DNA from: Arenicellales bacterium
GTDB lineage: Bacteria; Pseudomonadota; Gammaproteobacteria; Arenicellales; JAJDZL01
DNA length: 64,000 nt
Assembly: GCA_963664525.1 (NCBI GenBank)
Contig: OY761535.1
Span: forward strand, 2,703,314-2,767,313
Reading direction: 5' to 3'
This document shows, one piece after another, positions 9,281 through 19,534 of this stretch (position 1 is the first letter of the stretch; each line of letters begins with the position of its first letter). Below the pieces are notes generated by a model. That model was given only the letters and a program-made list of their open reading frames with translations, did not search any database and had not been told where the DNA came from. Both the position numbers and the translations under genes were made by a program.

Positions 9281-10210
9281 ATGTGTGGAATAGTAGGCCT
9301 TTATCTCAAAAACCCAAACCTGGAACCCAGGCTGGGAGAGTTTGTCTCCAACATGCTTGAAGAGATGGGGGACCGAGGTCCGGACAGCGCGGGTGTTGCA
9401 ATCTATCGCAATCCCGCTCCGCAAGATGGATCCAAGGTCTCTTTGTTTAGTGAAAACAAGTTTGAAAATTGGCAGGCGCACACAGACCAAATCAGTCAAT
9501 CTTTTGAACTTGACTTCCAACTGGAGATTCACGCCAGTCACGCCGTCCTGAGCAGCAAAGCACCGGTTGAAGCGATCGGCCAGTGGATCAACAGCCAATG
9601 GCCAGACCTTAGGGTCATGAGCATCGGCACCTCCATTGAAATTTACAAGGAAAAAGGCCACCCCAAAGACGTAGTAGAGCGTTTTGGCTTTAATGAATTC
9701 GCTGGAACCCACGCGGTGGCACATACCCGTATGGCAACAGAAAGTGCAGTGACTACCGAACACTCACACCCCTTTTCCACCGGACGCGACCTGTGCCTGG
9801 TGCACAATGGTTCGCTGTCCAATCACAATCGCCTCAGGAATTTCCTCACTCGGCAGGGCGGTGAATTTCAGACCGATAACGATAGTGAAGTGGCGGCAGG
9901 ATACCTGACTTGGCGGCTGTCTTTAGGCGAATCAGTCGTCGAGGCACTTGAGTCCGCAATTCGGGACCTGGACGGGTTTTATACATTCGCAATCGGAACG
10001 CAAGATGGCTTTTCTGTTTTGCGCGACCCCATTGCCTGTAAACCTGCGGTGCTCGCGGAAAACGATGACTGGGTCGCGATGTCCTCTGAATATCGCGCCA
10101 TCGCGCGTTTGCCAGACGCAAAGAATTCCAATATTTGGGAGCCAGCCCCCGCCCAGATTTATAGCTGGAGCCGCAGTTCTTCAAACGGCGAGTCACGTAA
10201 TGCAATTTGA
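9281..10210 (+). CDS. mgsA: Class-II (Ntn) glutamine amidotransferase, N-methylglutamate synthase subunit A-like (GlxB-like)
   Basis: N-terminal Met-Cys 'MCGIVGLY' (ATG 9281) supplies the Ntn nucleophile. It is the first gene of a GATase-II / GXGXG / FMN-GltB-like / GS-like quartet, which is the mgsABC+gmaS layout (also annotated glxBCD-glnT). Confidence 0.75.
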   Translation: MCGIVGLYLKNPNLEPRLGEFVSNMLEEMGDRGPDSAGVAIYRNPAPQDGSKVSLFSENKFENWQAHTDQISQSFELDFQLEIHASHAVLSSKAPVEAIGQWINSQWPDLRVMSIGTSIEIYKEKGHPKDVVERFGFNEFAGTHAVAHTRMATESAVTTEHSHPFSTGRDLCLVHNGSLSNHNRLRNFLTRQGGEFQTDNDSEVAAGYLTWRLSLGESVVEALESAIRDLDGFYTFAIGTQDGFSVLRDPIACKPAVLAENDDWVAMSSEYRAIARLPDAKNSNIWEPAPAQIYSWSRSSSNGESRNAI

Positions 10211-10877
10211 TCTTGCAACACAACCACTTCGGGAAGTCAACCAGGCTCTTCACAACGTGGGTCCAAACCACGACGAAACGTACTCGATTGCCCATCCAAA
10301 AGGGACACACTCTGTCGCTGTTGGACTGACCGAATCCATTGAAGTTACCATCGAAGGCCACGTCGGATACTATGGCGCCGGAATGAACAAGAACGCCAGT
10401 ATTCACATTGAGGGCAACGCCGGTCCGGGGCTGGCAGAAAACATGATGTCCGGGCGCGTTTTTGTAGATGGCAATGCCTCTCAATACGCAGGCGCCTCCG
10501 GTCACGGCGGGCTCTTGGTCATCAAGGGAAACACCAGCTCGCGCTGTGGCATCTCCATGAAAGGCATCGACATTGTTGTTGGCGGATCAATTGGTCATTT
10601 TGGTGCATTCATGGCACAATCCGGTCGACTCGTTGTCTGTGGAGACTGCGGTGGCAACCTGGGAGATTCGATTTACGAAGCGCAAATTTTTGTGCGCGGC
10701 AAAGTCGAAGGACTCGGGTCTGACTGTGTCGAAAAGAAAATGCGCCGTAAGCACAAAAGAGCGCTGCAAAGCCTGCTTGAACGTGCGTGTCTTAACTTTT
10801 CGGCTGATGAGTTTCGACGATATGGGTCGGCACGAAAACTTTACAATTTCAACATTGATAACGCCGATGCCATCTGA
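10200..10877 (+). CDS. mgsB: GXGXG-motif protein, N-methylglutamate synthase subunit B-like (GlxC-like)
   Basis: ATG 10200 overlaps the upstream stop. It has the repeated Gly-rich beta-helix pattern 'GHVGYYGAGM..GNAGPGLAENM..GNASQYAGASG..GNTSSRCGISM..GGSIGHFGAFM'. The track ORF from 9948 is an upstream extension. Confidence 0.75.
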   Translation: MQFDLATQPLREVNQALHNVGPNHDETYSIAHPKGTHSVAVGLTESIEVTIEGHVGYYGAGMNKNASIHIEGNAGPGLAENMMSGRVFVDGNASQYAGASGHGGLLVIKGNTSSRCGISMKGIDIVVGGSIGHFGAFMAQSGRLVVCGDCGGNLGDSIYEAQIFVRGKVEGLGSDCVEKKMRRKHKRALQSLLERACLNFSADEFRRYGSARKLYNFNIDNADAI

Positions 10878-12198
10878 CAAAAAACATCCCGGATTTGATC
10901 CTCGAAAGCTTCGCTCATCAGCGACGTTTCCGGATCATGTTTTGGCTGAAATTCATCGAGCAGCAGATCAGGGTGTATATGAAATCAGGGGATTCGGTGC
11001 CAAACGTGCAGTACCGACATTCGATGATCTGCTTTTTCTGGGCGCTTCCATGTCGCGTTATCCACTCGAAGGATATCGGGAACTTTGTGAGACCGATGTT
11101 GTCATCGGCAACCGATTTGCCAAACGCCCGCTTCACCTTAAGATTCCAATTACCATCGCAGGTATGAGTTTCGGAGCACTCGGTGCCAATGCAAAAGAGT
11201 CGATTGGACTGGCAGCATCACAAATGGGCACCAGTACAACGACAGGTGACGGCGGGATGACCGACGAAGAACGCCTATCGTCAAAATCTCTGATTTACCA
11301 GGTTCTGCCCTCCCGATATGGCTTAAATCCCGACGACGTGCGACGCGCCGATGCCCTTGAAGTCGTCGTTGGACAAGGAGCAAAACCAGGTGGTGGCGGC
11401 ATGCTTCTGGGTCAAAAAATTACCGAACGGGTGGCCGGGATGCGAAATCTGCCAGTCGGCATTGATCAGCGAAGCGCCTGCCGACATCCCGACTGGACCG
11501 GTCCAGACGACCTTGAAATCAAAATCCAGGAATTACGGGAAATTACCGACTGGGAAATTCCTATTCTGATCAAGATTGGCGCAACGCGCGTTCAGTATGA
11601 TGTTGCACTGGCGATTAAGGCGGGCGCCGATGCTATTGTGCTGGATGGCATGCAAGGCGGGACGGCCGCCACCCAAGATGTTTTTATCGAACATGTCGGT
11701 ATCCCGACACTGCCCGCCGTACGTCAGGCTGTCGAAACACTTGTTGAACTTGACATGCATCGCAAGGTCCAGCTCATTGTTTCAGGTGGCATTCGAAGCG
11801 GCGCCGATACAGCAAAAGCACTCGCACTTGGAGCAGACGCAGTCTCAGTTGGCAGTGCTGCGATGGTGGCGCTTGGATGCAATCGCCCCGTTTATCTTGA
11901 AGATTATGAATCTTTGGGGACCGCGCCAGGTTTTTGCCACCACTGTCACACAGGACGCTGTCCGGTTGGCATCACCACGCAGGACCCAAAACTTGAGGAA
12001 CGCCTCAGACCTGAACAAGGGTCCAGATGGCTAAAAAACTATCTCGCCACGATGGTGCTTGAAATGCAAACCCTGGCAAGAGCATGCGGAAAAAGCCATG
12101 TCCTTAACCTGGAACCGGAAGACATGGTCGCACTAACAGTAGAAGCAGCCGCCATGGCAAAGGTACCGCTTGCCGGCACAAGCTGGGTCCCTGGATGA
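10867..12198 (+). CDS. mgsC: FMN-dependent glutamate-synthase-domain protein, N-methylglutamate synthase subunit C-like (GlxD-like)
   Basis: ATG 10867 overlaps the upstream stop at 10877. GltB central-domain motifs are present: 'IAGMSFGALG', 'VVVGQGAKPGGGGML', 'LDGMQGGTAA', 'VSGGIRSGAD' and the Cys cluster 'CHHCHTGRCPVGITTQD'. Confidence 0.75.
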   Translation: MPSDKKHPGFDPRKLRSSATFPDHVLAEIHRAADQGVYEIRGFGAKRAVPTFDDLLFLGASMSRYPLEGYRELCETDVVIGNRFAKRPLHLKIPITIAGMSFGALGANAKESIGLAASQMGTSTTTGDGGMTDEERLSSKSLIYQVLPSRYGLNPDDVRRADALEVVVGQGAKPGGGGMLLGQKITERVAGMRNLPVGIDQRSACRHPDWTGPDDLEIKIQELREITDWEIPILIKIGATRVQYDVALAIKAGADAIVLDGMQGGTAATQDVFIEHVGIPTLPAVRQAVETLVELDMHRKVQLIVSGGIRSGADTAKALALGADAVSVGSAAMVALGCNRPVYLEDYESLGTAPGFCHHCHTGRCPVGITTQDPKLEERLRPEQGSRWLKNYLATMVLEMQTLARACGKSHVLNLEPEDMVALTVEAAAMAKVPLAGTSWVPG

Positions 12199-12334
12199 GC
12201 AGGTTCTGTTTTCGGGTTACAACCACTGTACAAGAACGTCAATACAAATCGAAGAGAACGGGATTCAATTTGACCCGTTTGGCAGGCCGAAAATTACAAT
12301 TTGTTCCAGTTAATATTTGGAAGGAGGTTGAAAA

Positions 12335-13642
12335 ATGTCGATTGATCTCGCAACAGTCGCAAAAGAACAATCAATCAAATACTTTTTGATCAGTTTCGTG
12401 GACCTTTTCGGAGTGCTTCGCGCAAAACTCGTCCCTGCCGGAGCGATCGCAGGTATGCAGGAAGATGGCGCGGGCTTTGCAGGGTTCGCAACCTGGCTGG
12501 ATATGACTCCAGCTGACCCTGATATGCTCGCCATCCCCGATCCGGAAAGCCTGATCATCTTGCCGTGGAATCGGGAAATTGGCTGGCTGGCAGCTGATTT
12601 GTGGATGAGTGGCGTTGAGGTTGAACAGTGCCCACGCGTCATGCTCAAACGCCAGATTGCCCGCCTCGGCGACGTTGGATATGTCATGAAAACTGGCGTG
12701 GAGTGTGAGTACATGCTGCTGGATAGTAGCGGTGAAAATATCAATGACACGCTCGATTCCCAGGAAAAACCGTGTTATGACCAGTCATCGCTGCTTCGTA
12801 AGTACCACATTGTCAGCGAAATCTGCGATGCAATGGTTGAACTTGGCTGGAATCCCTATCAGAACGACCACGAAGATGCCAACGGTCAGTTTGAAATGAA
12901 CTGGGATTATAGCGATGCCCTAACGACAGCTGACCGGCATACATTTTTCAAATTTATGGTAAAGACAATTGCCGAGCGCAATGGTGAACGCGCAACGTTT
13001 ATGCCAAAACCCTTCACCGATCTCACCGGTAACGGTTGTCATGCTCACGTATCCTTGTGGAATCCTGACAGCAGCAAAAATCTGTTTCTCGATGAATCCG
13101 AGGAAATGGGCTTGTCGTCGCTTGCCTACAGCTTTCTAGGCGGCATCATTAACAGTGCCGAAGCCCTGTGTTCAATCTTCAATCCAACCGTAAACAGCTA
13201 CAAACGAATCAACGCGTCACGCACCCGTTCCGGTGCATCCTGGTCCCCAAATTCGGTAACCTACACCGGTAACAATCGAACGCACATGATTCGCATTCCA
13301 GATGCTGGACGCTTCGAGCTTCGGCTGATGGATGGCTCCGCGAATCCTTACCTGCTTCAGGCAGGCATTGCAGCCACTGGTCTGGACGGAATTGAAAACC
13401 AACGCGATCCAGGTAAACGGCTGGACATTGATATGTATGCCAATCCTGAACTGGCTGGCGATGTCAAAAAACTGCCTCTGAATCTGCTCGATGCGATTCG
13501 AACGACCGAATCCAACGAGGTACTGCGAAACGCACTGGGAGGCGAAAATATCGACAGTTACTGCAAATTAAAAATGCAGAACTGGAACCAATACTGTGCG
13601 GACGTTTCAAATTGGGAGCGAAACAATACTCTCGACTGCTAA
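12335..13642 (+). CDS. gmaS: Glutamine-synthetase-family ligase, probable gamma-glutamylmethylamide synthetase
   Basis: Glutamine synthetase (GS) fold motifs ('IKYFLISFVDLFGVLRAK', 'NGCHAHVSLW', 'NSYKRI', 'NRTHMIRIP..RFELRLMDGSANPYL'). Its position directly after the mgsABC-like genes supports the call. Confidence 0.65.
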   Translation: MSIDLATVAKEQSIKYFLISFVDLFGVLRAKLVPAGAIAGMQEDGAGFAGFATWLDMTPADPDMLAIPDPESLIILPWNREIGWLAADLWMSGVEVEQCPRVMLKRQIARLGDVGYVMKTGVECEYMLLDSSGENINDTLDSQEKPCYDQSSLLRKYHIVSEICDAMVELGWNPYQNDHEDANGQFEMNWDYSDALTTADRHTFFKFMVKTIAERNGERATFMPKPFTDLTGNGCHAHVSLWNPDSSKNLFLDESEEMGLSSLAYSFLGGIINSAEALCSIFNPTVNSYKRINASRTRSGASWSPNSVTYTGNNRTHMIRIPDAGRFELRLMDGSANPYLLQAGIAATGLDGIENQRDPGKRLDIDMYANPELAGDVKKLPLNLLDAIRTTESNEVLRNALGGENIDSYCKLKMQNWNQYCADVSNWERNNTLDC

Positions 13643-13714
13643 GCCGTCAAGCCCTGCGCGGTAATGTGAATCATTGTCAAGCTTTGGCTGACGCTGTCGC
13701 GCAGTCAAAGCTGA

Positions 13715-14824
13715 TCATTGCGGGTAAGTTATCGAACCGAGCAGAACTCGTTTTCTTGCCCCGGTAACGGATGGCAAGTTGGCGGGGATACGATTCATAC
13801 GACGCTGGGCCAGCCACGCAAAAGTACACGCTTCAACATCATCTGGCGAAATGCCAATTTCCTCGGTGGTTGATACGGGCAAAGCCGAAATTTGTGCCAG
13901 TCTGCTGACAATAGCCTGGTTGTGTGCGCCGCCACCGCAAAGGACAATCCGATGCACCGGTGCCATCCACATTTCAATGGCCTGCCAGATTGATTGTGCA
14001 GTGAATGCCGCAACAGTACTTTGTACGACGGCGTCTTCATAGTTCGTTTTGACGGCACTGAGCTTCTTGTGAAGCCATTCGATATTGAAATACCGCGTAT
14101 CAAGGCTTTTTGGCGGAGGCAGATGGAAGTAATCATCTTGCATCAATCTCGCCAGTAAATTTTCGTCCACTGGTGCAGATTGCGCCCAGGCACCATTTTT
14201 GTCATAACGCATTCCTCGTGATGCCTGGATCCAGCGGTCTGAAAGTGTATTACCAGGCCCGGTATCGAACCCAATGATCTTTTCATCATCACTCACAGGC
14301 AGGTAGGTTGCATTGGCAATGCCACCGATGTTAACCACTGCAATGGCTTGAGATTGATGACTGAAAGCAAATTGGTGAAACGCGGGGGCAAGCGGCGCAC
14401 CCTGTCCACCGTGTTGCATATCCGCGTAGCGAAAGTCATCGACAACAGGAATCCCGGTTTGGTTTGCAAGCGTTTTGGCATCACCGGCTTGCCAGCTGAA
14501 TGGAGACTTCGTTGATGGCTGGTGCAAAATCGTCTGGCCATGACACCCGATCGCTTTGACCTTACCGTTTGAATACCCGTCAAGCAGCTTCAAGACTGCT
14601 TGGGTATACAGCTTGCCCAATTGAACATCAACCTCATGCGCAAGCGTCCTTTCTCGGCGCGGGTCATTCATAAGATCGTCCAGTAAAGCACGTACCTCAT
14701 CCGGGTACGGTGTATAGCCCGTGCGATGAATCTTGATACTCGCGCTTTTATCGAACGAAGCCAAGATTGCATCGATGCCATCGAGACTGGTACCAGACAT
14801 CAGTCCAGCGTAAAGATCTCTCAT
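13715..14824 (-). CDS. anmK: Anhydro-N-acetylmuramic acid kinase
   Basis: N-terminal 'YAGLMSGTSLDGIDA', 'GCHGQT', 'VNIGGIAN', 'FDTGPGN'. The neighbourhood anmK-M23-tyrS is as in Pseudomonas. Confidence 0.9.
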   Translation of the reverse strand: MRDLYAGLMSGTSLDGIDAILASFDKSASIKIHRTGYTPYPDEVRALLDDLMNDPRRERTLAHEVDVQLGKLYTQAVLKLLDGYSNGKVKAIGCHGQTILHQPSTKSPFSWQAGDAKTLANQTGIPVVDDFRYADMQHGGQGAPLAPAFHQFAFSHQSQAIAVVNIGGIANATYLPVSDDEKIIGFDTGPGNTLSDRWIQASRGMRYDKNGAWAQSAPVDENLLARLMQDDYFHLPPPKSLDTRYFNIEWLHKKLSAVKTNYEDAVVQSTVAAFTAQSIWQAIEMWMAPVHRIVLCGGGAHNQAIVSRLAQISALPVSTTEEIGISPDDVEACTFAWLAQRRMNRIPANLPSVTGARKRVLLGSITYPQ

Positions 14825-14868
14825 TTCTGGGATTTTGAAGCCGTGGGCGCGTTCAGCACCATTGACTG

Positions 14869-16857
14869 CTAATTGCTGGCCGTTTGAACAGAGCTCGCTT
14901 GGTACTTGACCTGTGGTGCTTCAATGCTGGCCAAGCGATGTGAGAAATCATCAACATAGGCTTGAAATTTATGCTGATATTCGTCGGCAATAGGCGCTCC
15001 TTTTGGCATGTCATACTCTAACGGATCGCGGTGCTTGCCATCGACGTGAAATTCATAGTGCAGATGTGGACCCGTTGACAGGCCAGTTGAACCGACGTAG
15101 CCAATCACTTGTCCCTGTTTTACGAAATTCCCAATTCCCGTGCCTTCAGCAAAGCGAGACATGTGTGCATAGATGGTACGGTATCGACTGCCATGTTGAA
15201 GTGCAACCATTTTGCCATAGCCTTTGTAATGTGCGCGCTTGATTACCCGGCCTGTTGCAGTCGCACGAATCGGTGTGCCTGTTTTCGCTCCGTAGTCGAC
15301 ACCAAGATGTGGACGTCTCTTTTTGAGAACCGGGTGGTAGCGGCTTTTGCTGTAAATCGAGGTTACTCTGGCGTATTTGATCGGTGATCTCAAAAAATGC
15401 CCCTGCATGCTCAGACCATTGTTGTCATAGTAGGCAATTTGCCCATCGTCATCAATGTGCCGAAAAGCGCTGAGTTTGAAATTTTTCTGCTCCAGTGAGG
15501 CAGCCTTGATGCTGATATCAAGCAGCGGTTTTCCGCGCACGTAGTTTTGATCGTAAATAATGCAAAAACGATCGCCGCTCCTTAACTGTCGACTAAAATC
15601 GATGCGCGAATCGAACAAGGCTACAAAGCCATTAATCGCCGCCCTGGGAATGTCGAGATTTTTACCTGCCTGGTACAGGTTGTTTTCGATGGTGGCGCAG
15701 GCGTAGTGTTCCTGTAGCTCGGTCTTAAGCTTCTTAAATCCCACGAAGTATCCGTCATCAACAGGAAATACAAGACGAACTTTCGCGGTTTTGTAATCAG
15801 GAGCTTCTAGAATCGCAAATTTGCCATCGTCTGAAATCGCGATACGAATTTCCTGGCCCGGCTGCAGTCCTGATGACAGCCACTCATTTCCTGGATACTG
15901 TGCAATCTCTACGGCATGAGTTGAATTAAGGCCTAAACGTCGGAAAATTTTGCCTAAGTTGTCCCCCCTTGAAATGACGACTTTATCCCAGGTCAGACCG
16001 GAACGTTTGAGTTCAGCATACGTTTTCTCATAGTCAGACAAATCACCCGGCTTGACTGCTTCGACCTCTTTTTTTAGCAACTTGACGAGTGAACCCGCTT
16101 GCCTGGCTTTGTTTTTACTGATAACACTGAACTGAGAGCCGTCGAACGTCGCCATCAGAACAACTTTTTTCTTGCGACGAAGTTCAATACCTAGCAGTTT
16201 GTTGTCGCTCCAGACGAATTTGAACTGGTCTCTCGGGTACAGCACCGATGCTGCCTTGGTCCCGGAGGTATTCAATAAAGCAATGGCATGCTTGTCTTTC
16301 AAATTATTGCGTCTGAAAACTCGAATCAGAGAATCGCCAACGTTGACCTCTGATTTGGTCAGAACGATGGGCGAGTTTGCCAATGATTCCAAATCACTGG
16401 ACAGCAATACAATGGGGTCTGCGTCGCCGGTAGGAACAAGCTTCTCTTCGCTGGCGACAGGGTCTAGAACTGTAATCTTCGGTTGTGCCTCTGATTCAGG
16501 CTCCTTGTCAACCTGAAGAGCCTGTTCGTAATCATTCAGGGGGCCACCGAAACCTGTATCTTCAATTGGGCCCTCCGAATCATCGGAAGACGTCAATCCT
16601 TCAGCGATCGTATCGGATATTGCTAATCCAACCGTTGATGCCAGCTGAGATTCGTGGGAATCGGTGTCAGATGAAAGCACCGACTGTAAAATGACGGCAT
16701 ACAAAATTGCAACCGAAAATATCAGTGCATTGCTCTTGCGGGGGGTGTAGGTGAAAAAACTGCGGTTAAGTGCGCGACCCGTGCTGCGCGGTTGCGAATC
16801 GGTTTCAGCGAATGTATGTTCGCCGGAACGATTTGATCTTTCGATTTCGCTATTCAT
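14869..16857 (-). CDS. M23-family murein DD-endopeptidase (MepM/YebA-like) with a long N-terminal region
   Basis: C-terminal M23 catalytic motifs 'HLGVDYGAKTGTPIRATATGRV' and 'GSTGLSTGPHLHYEF'. An N-terminal TM segment is present, plus LysM/OapA-like 'GDNLGKIFRRLGL'. Confidence 0.85.
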   Translation of the reverse strand: MNSEIERSNRSGEHTFAETDSQPRSTGRALNRSFFTYTPRKSNALIFSVAILYAVILQSVLSSDTDSHESQLASTVGLAISDTIAEGLTSSDDSEGPIEDTGFGGPLNDYEQALQVDKEPESEAQPKITVLDPVASEEKLVPTGDADPIVLLSSDLESLANSPIVLTKSEVNVGDSLIRVFRRNNLKDKHAIALLNTSGTKAASVLYPRDQFKFVWSDNKLLGIELRRKKKVVLMATFDGSQFSVISKNKARQAGSLVKLLKKEVEAVKPGDLSDYEKTYAELKRSGLTWDKVVISRGDNLGKIFRRLGLNSTHAVEIAQYPGNEWLSSGLQPGQEIRIAISDDGKFAILEAPDYKTAKVRLVFPVDDGYFVGFKKLKTELQEHYACATIENNLYQAGKNLDIPRAAINGFVALFDSRIDFSRQLRSGDRFCIIYDQNYVRGKPLLDISIKAASLEQKNFKLSAFRHIDDDGQIAYYDNNGLSMQGHFLRSPIKYARVTSIYSKSRYHPVLKKRRPHLGVDYGAKTGTPIRATATGRVIKRAHYKGYGKMVALQHGSRYRTIYAHMSRFAEGTGIGNFVKQGQVIGYVGSTGLSTGPHLHYEFHVDGKHRDPLEYDMPKGAPIADEYQHKFQAYVDDFSHRLASIEAPQVKYQASSVQTASN

Positions 16858-17387
16858 GAAAATTCGGAACCAGGAAAAATTTCACGATGTATGTTTATGC
16901 AAAAAAATTTGATTTCAGGCGCACTACCCGTCGATTCGAATTGCACGATTATTTTTTTCAATTCGAGAAAAATCGGATGAATTGGTTCACCTCCCGTTAA
17001 CTCCAACCATTGTCTACATGTAATTCATTCGGCGCAAACTTTTTTCTGATTTTATTATATATCACTTATATATGCGTTCAAATTCAGGTTGAATCGAAAA
17101 ACGTATACCAAAGAAATTAACGCCAAAGTCTAAACACAATCGAATTGTCAATGAGATCAACGCTCCCTTCACAGTCAATCAATTGACAGCCATTCACTCT
17201 TTCATTTGGAAAATCTGGCGATTTTGCAAACACCTTTTGCACCAACATTAGGATCAAAATTCCAGATATTATTTTTTCAAACAGACAACTTGGCAAAATG
17301 TACAAAGTGCATTCGAAATAAAATCTCTCGCGTCCTGACTGACTGCAACCCCTGACTCAATCCAAACCAAAAAGATTCGGTGACCCA

Positions 17388-18602
17388 TTGTCCGATCCCG
17401 TGCAAGAACAATTTGACCTGATCCAACGCGGAACCGACGAAATCCTGCTTGCATCGGAACTCAAAGACCGGCTCGCGACTTCCCAGGCGCTTAAAGTCAA
17501 GGCCGGCTTTGATCCAACCGCGCCTGACTTGCACCTCGGTCACGTCGTTCTGTTAGAGAAAATGCGTCAATTTCAACAGCTAGGACACGAGGTTACTTTC
17601 CTGATTGGAGACTTTACCGGAAAGATCGGCGATCCTTCCGGCAAATCGGCAACTCGCCCACCCATGACCGAAGCAGAGATTCATTCCAATGCCGTCACCT
17701 ACAAGGAACAGGTGTTCAAAGTCCTCGATGCTGATAAAACGATTGTCCGTTTTAATTCCGAGTGGTTTGAAAACCAGAATGCCAGCATGATGATCCGCCT
17801 AGCCGCACAGCACACTGTGGCCAGGATGCTTGAGCGAGATGATTTTAAAACCCGGTTCAATGCGCACCAGTCCATTGCCATTCACGAATTTCTTTATCCA
17901 CTCGTGCAAGGTTATGACTCTGTTGCCCTACGCTCAGACGTTGAATTAGGTGGGACCGACCAAAAGTTCAATTTGCTCGTTGGCCGGGAACTTCAAAAAA
18001 ACGCCGGGCAAGATCCTCAAATTGTCATCACCATGCCTATTTTAGAAGGACTCGACGGGGTCAAGAAAATGTCCAAGTCGCTCAACAATTACATTGGAAT
18101 CAACGAGCCACCTGACGAAATCTTCGGTAAAGTGATGTCAATATCTGATCAGTTAATGTGGCGTTTTTATGAATTGATCAGCTCGCGCTCAATGGAACAG
18201 ATTCGCGCTCTTAAAGACCAAGTCGCCGATGGGCACAACCCTCGTGATGTCAAGTTTCTACTCGCCGAAGAAATTGTCGAACGCTTTCATTCCAAGACAG
18301 CCGCAAAAAACGCGCGCCAGGCGTTCGTCGCAAGATTTCAAAAGGGTAACGTTCCCGAAGACCTTGAAGAAAAGGTCATTGAGATTGGTGAAAACGCCAT
18401 CGCACTGGCCAACCTACTCAAGGATGCCGGACTGGTTGCAACCACCTCCGACGCCCATCGACTGGTCAAGCAAGGCGCTGTACGAATTGACGGGGAACGC
18501 ATCAGCGACTCAAGACAGTCGATTCCAACCGGAGCAAAGCACGTCTTTCAGGTCGGTAAGCGCAGGATCGCCAAAATTGCGCTTCGACAATTAACGGACT
18601 GA
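17388..18602 (+). CDS. tyrS: Tyrosine--tRNA ligase (type 2, TyrZ-like)
   Basis: Class-I signature 'PDLHLGH' and 'KMSKS', plus a C-terminal S4-like domain. The start is uncertain (TTG 17388 or GTG 17400). Confidence 0.9.
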   Translation: MSDPVQEQFDLIQRGTDEILLASELKDRLATSQALKVKAGFDPTAPDLHLGHVVLLEKMRQFQQLGHEVTFLIGDFTGKIGDPSGKSATRPPMTEAEIHSNAVTYKEQVFKVLDADKTIVRFNSEWFENQNASMMIRLAAQHTVARMLERDDFKTRFNAHQSIAIHEFLYPLVQGYDSVALRSDVELGGTDQKFNLLVGRELQKNAGQDPQIVITMPILEGLDGVKKMSKSLNNYIGINEPPDEIFGKVMSISDQLMWRFYELISSRSMEQIRALKDQVADGHNPRDVKFLLAEEIVERFHSKTAAKNARQAFVARFQKGNVPEDLEEKVIEIGENAIALANLLKDAGLVATTSDAHRLVKQGAVRIDGERISDSRQSIPTGAKHVFQVGKRRIAKIALRQLTD

Positions 18603-18628
18603 TGCTCTTGAAGCCGACTCGTTATTGA

Positions 18629-19366
18629 CTATTTATCTGCATTTAGAAGCATATTAGCCCAATTTCGATAAATTAAGGCTGCTGTTGCAGACAATTCCGA
18701 TTCAAGTTCTGTCGCTTTTTGCTTCAGTTCTACAGCACCATTGTCACCAAATGCAGACCGAAGTGCAACTTCATATTCTGGAACGGCGTTCCACTCATCA
18801 ACAGTCTTTGGGTTGGTTTCGACATGAAACTGAATACCCAGTGCGTCCTGAGCCACCGAAAATGACTGAACCTCGCAAAGCGGTGAGGACATCAGCACTG
18901 AGGTATCCTCAGGCAATGACTTGACTTCAGCGCCGTGCCATTGCAGTGTTTTAAATCGATGAGGCAGTCCTCGCATCAATGGGCTGTCCGTCGCTGCCTC
19001 AGTCAAATGCACATCCAGCATACCCACTTCCGGTGTGTCGGCTGGGGCGACTGAGCCTCCCACTGCTTCAGCAAGCAGTTGATGGCCCAGACAGACTCCA
19101 AGAAACGGCATGTTGCGTATGCGTACCGCCTCGTGAATTGCTTCTTTTTCCTGGGCCAGCCAGGGAAACTCCGCTTCTTGCCATACATCCATCGGGCCGC
19201 CCATCGATATCATCGCATCATAGGGCGCAAGATCCGGTATCGTCTCCCCTTCATCCAGTTCGACCGGATCCCACCTGATACCGTCAGTCTCCATAAACTG
19301 TCGAAATATGCCTGGATGTTCACAGGCAATGTGTTGAAAAACGATGACTCTAAATTGAACTGCCAT
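18629..19366 (-). CDS. Class-I glutamine amidotransferase-like protein (GuaA N-domain-like)
   Basis: Nucleophile elbow 'FLGVCLGHQLL', a downstream His/Glu region, 245 aa. Confidence 0.7.
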   Translation of the reverse strand: MAVQFRVIVFQHIACEHPGIFRQFMETDGIRWDPVELDEGETIPDLAPYDAMISMGGPMDVWQEAEFPWLAQEKEAIHEAVRIRNMPFLGVCLGHQLLAEAVGGSVAPADTPEVGMLDVHLTEAATDSPLMRGLPHRFKTLQWHGAEVKSLPEDTSVLMSSPLCEVQSFSVAQDALGIQFHVETNPKTVDEWNAVPEYEVALRSAFGDNGAVELKQKATELESELSATAALIYRNWANMLLNADK

Positions 19367-19534
19367 TTGTAAAGCCTCGAGAGTTGTCGATTCTGAATTG
19401 AGGTCTTAAAGCCTATCCGAAGCGCTCTGTCGCCTCTGAAATTCAAAATACTGGTAATGCTGATTATCGTACACCAGCAGCTACGGTAATCTGGTAACAT
19501 TTTGTGCAGTTTTTATCGTATTGAGGAAATTCGC

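Noticed and set aside
9948-10866. Long upstream extensions of the GXGXG ORF (from 9948) and the FMN-domain ORF (from 10573), and likewise 23236..23442 for the LivG-like ORF
   Set aside because: The extensions overlap the preceding well-supported genes out of frame. Internal ATG/GTG codons at 10200, 10867 and 23443 coincide with the starts of the conserved domains and with stop-start overlaps typical of operons.
13680-13712. Hairpin (AGCTTTGGCTG...CAGTCAAAGCT) between the convergent gmaS-like and anmK genes as a bidirectional terminator
   Set aside because: The stem contains a G-T pair that is a C-A mismatch on the other strand. There is no U-tract on either side, and it abuts the anmK stop codon. 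It is too weak to annotate.
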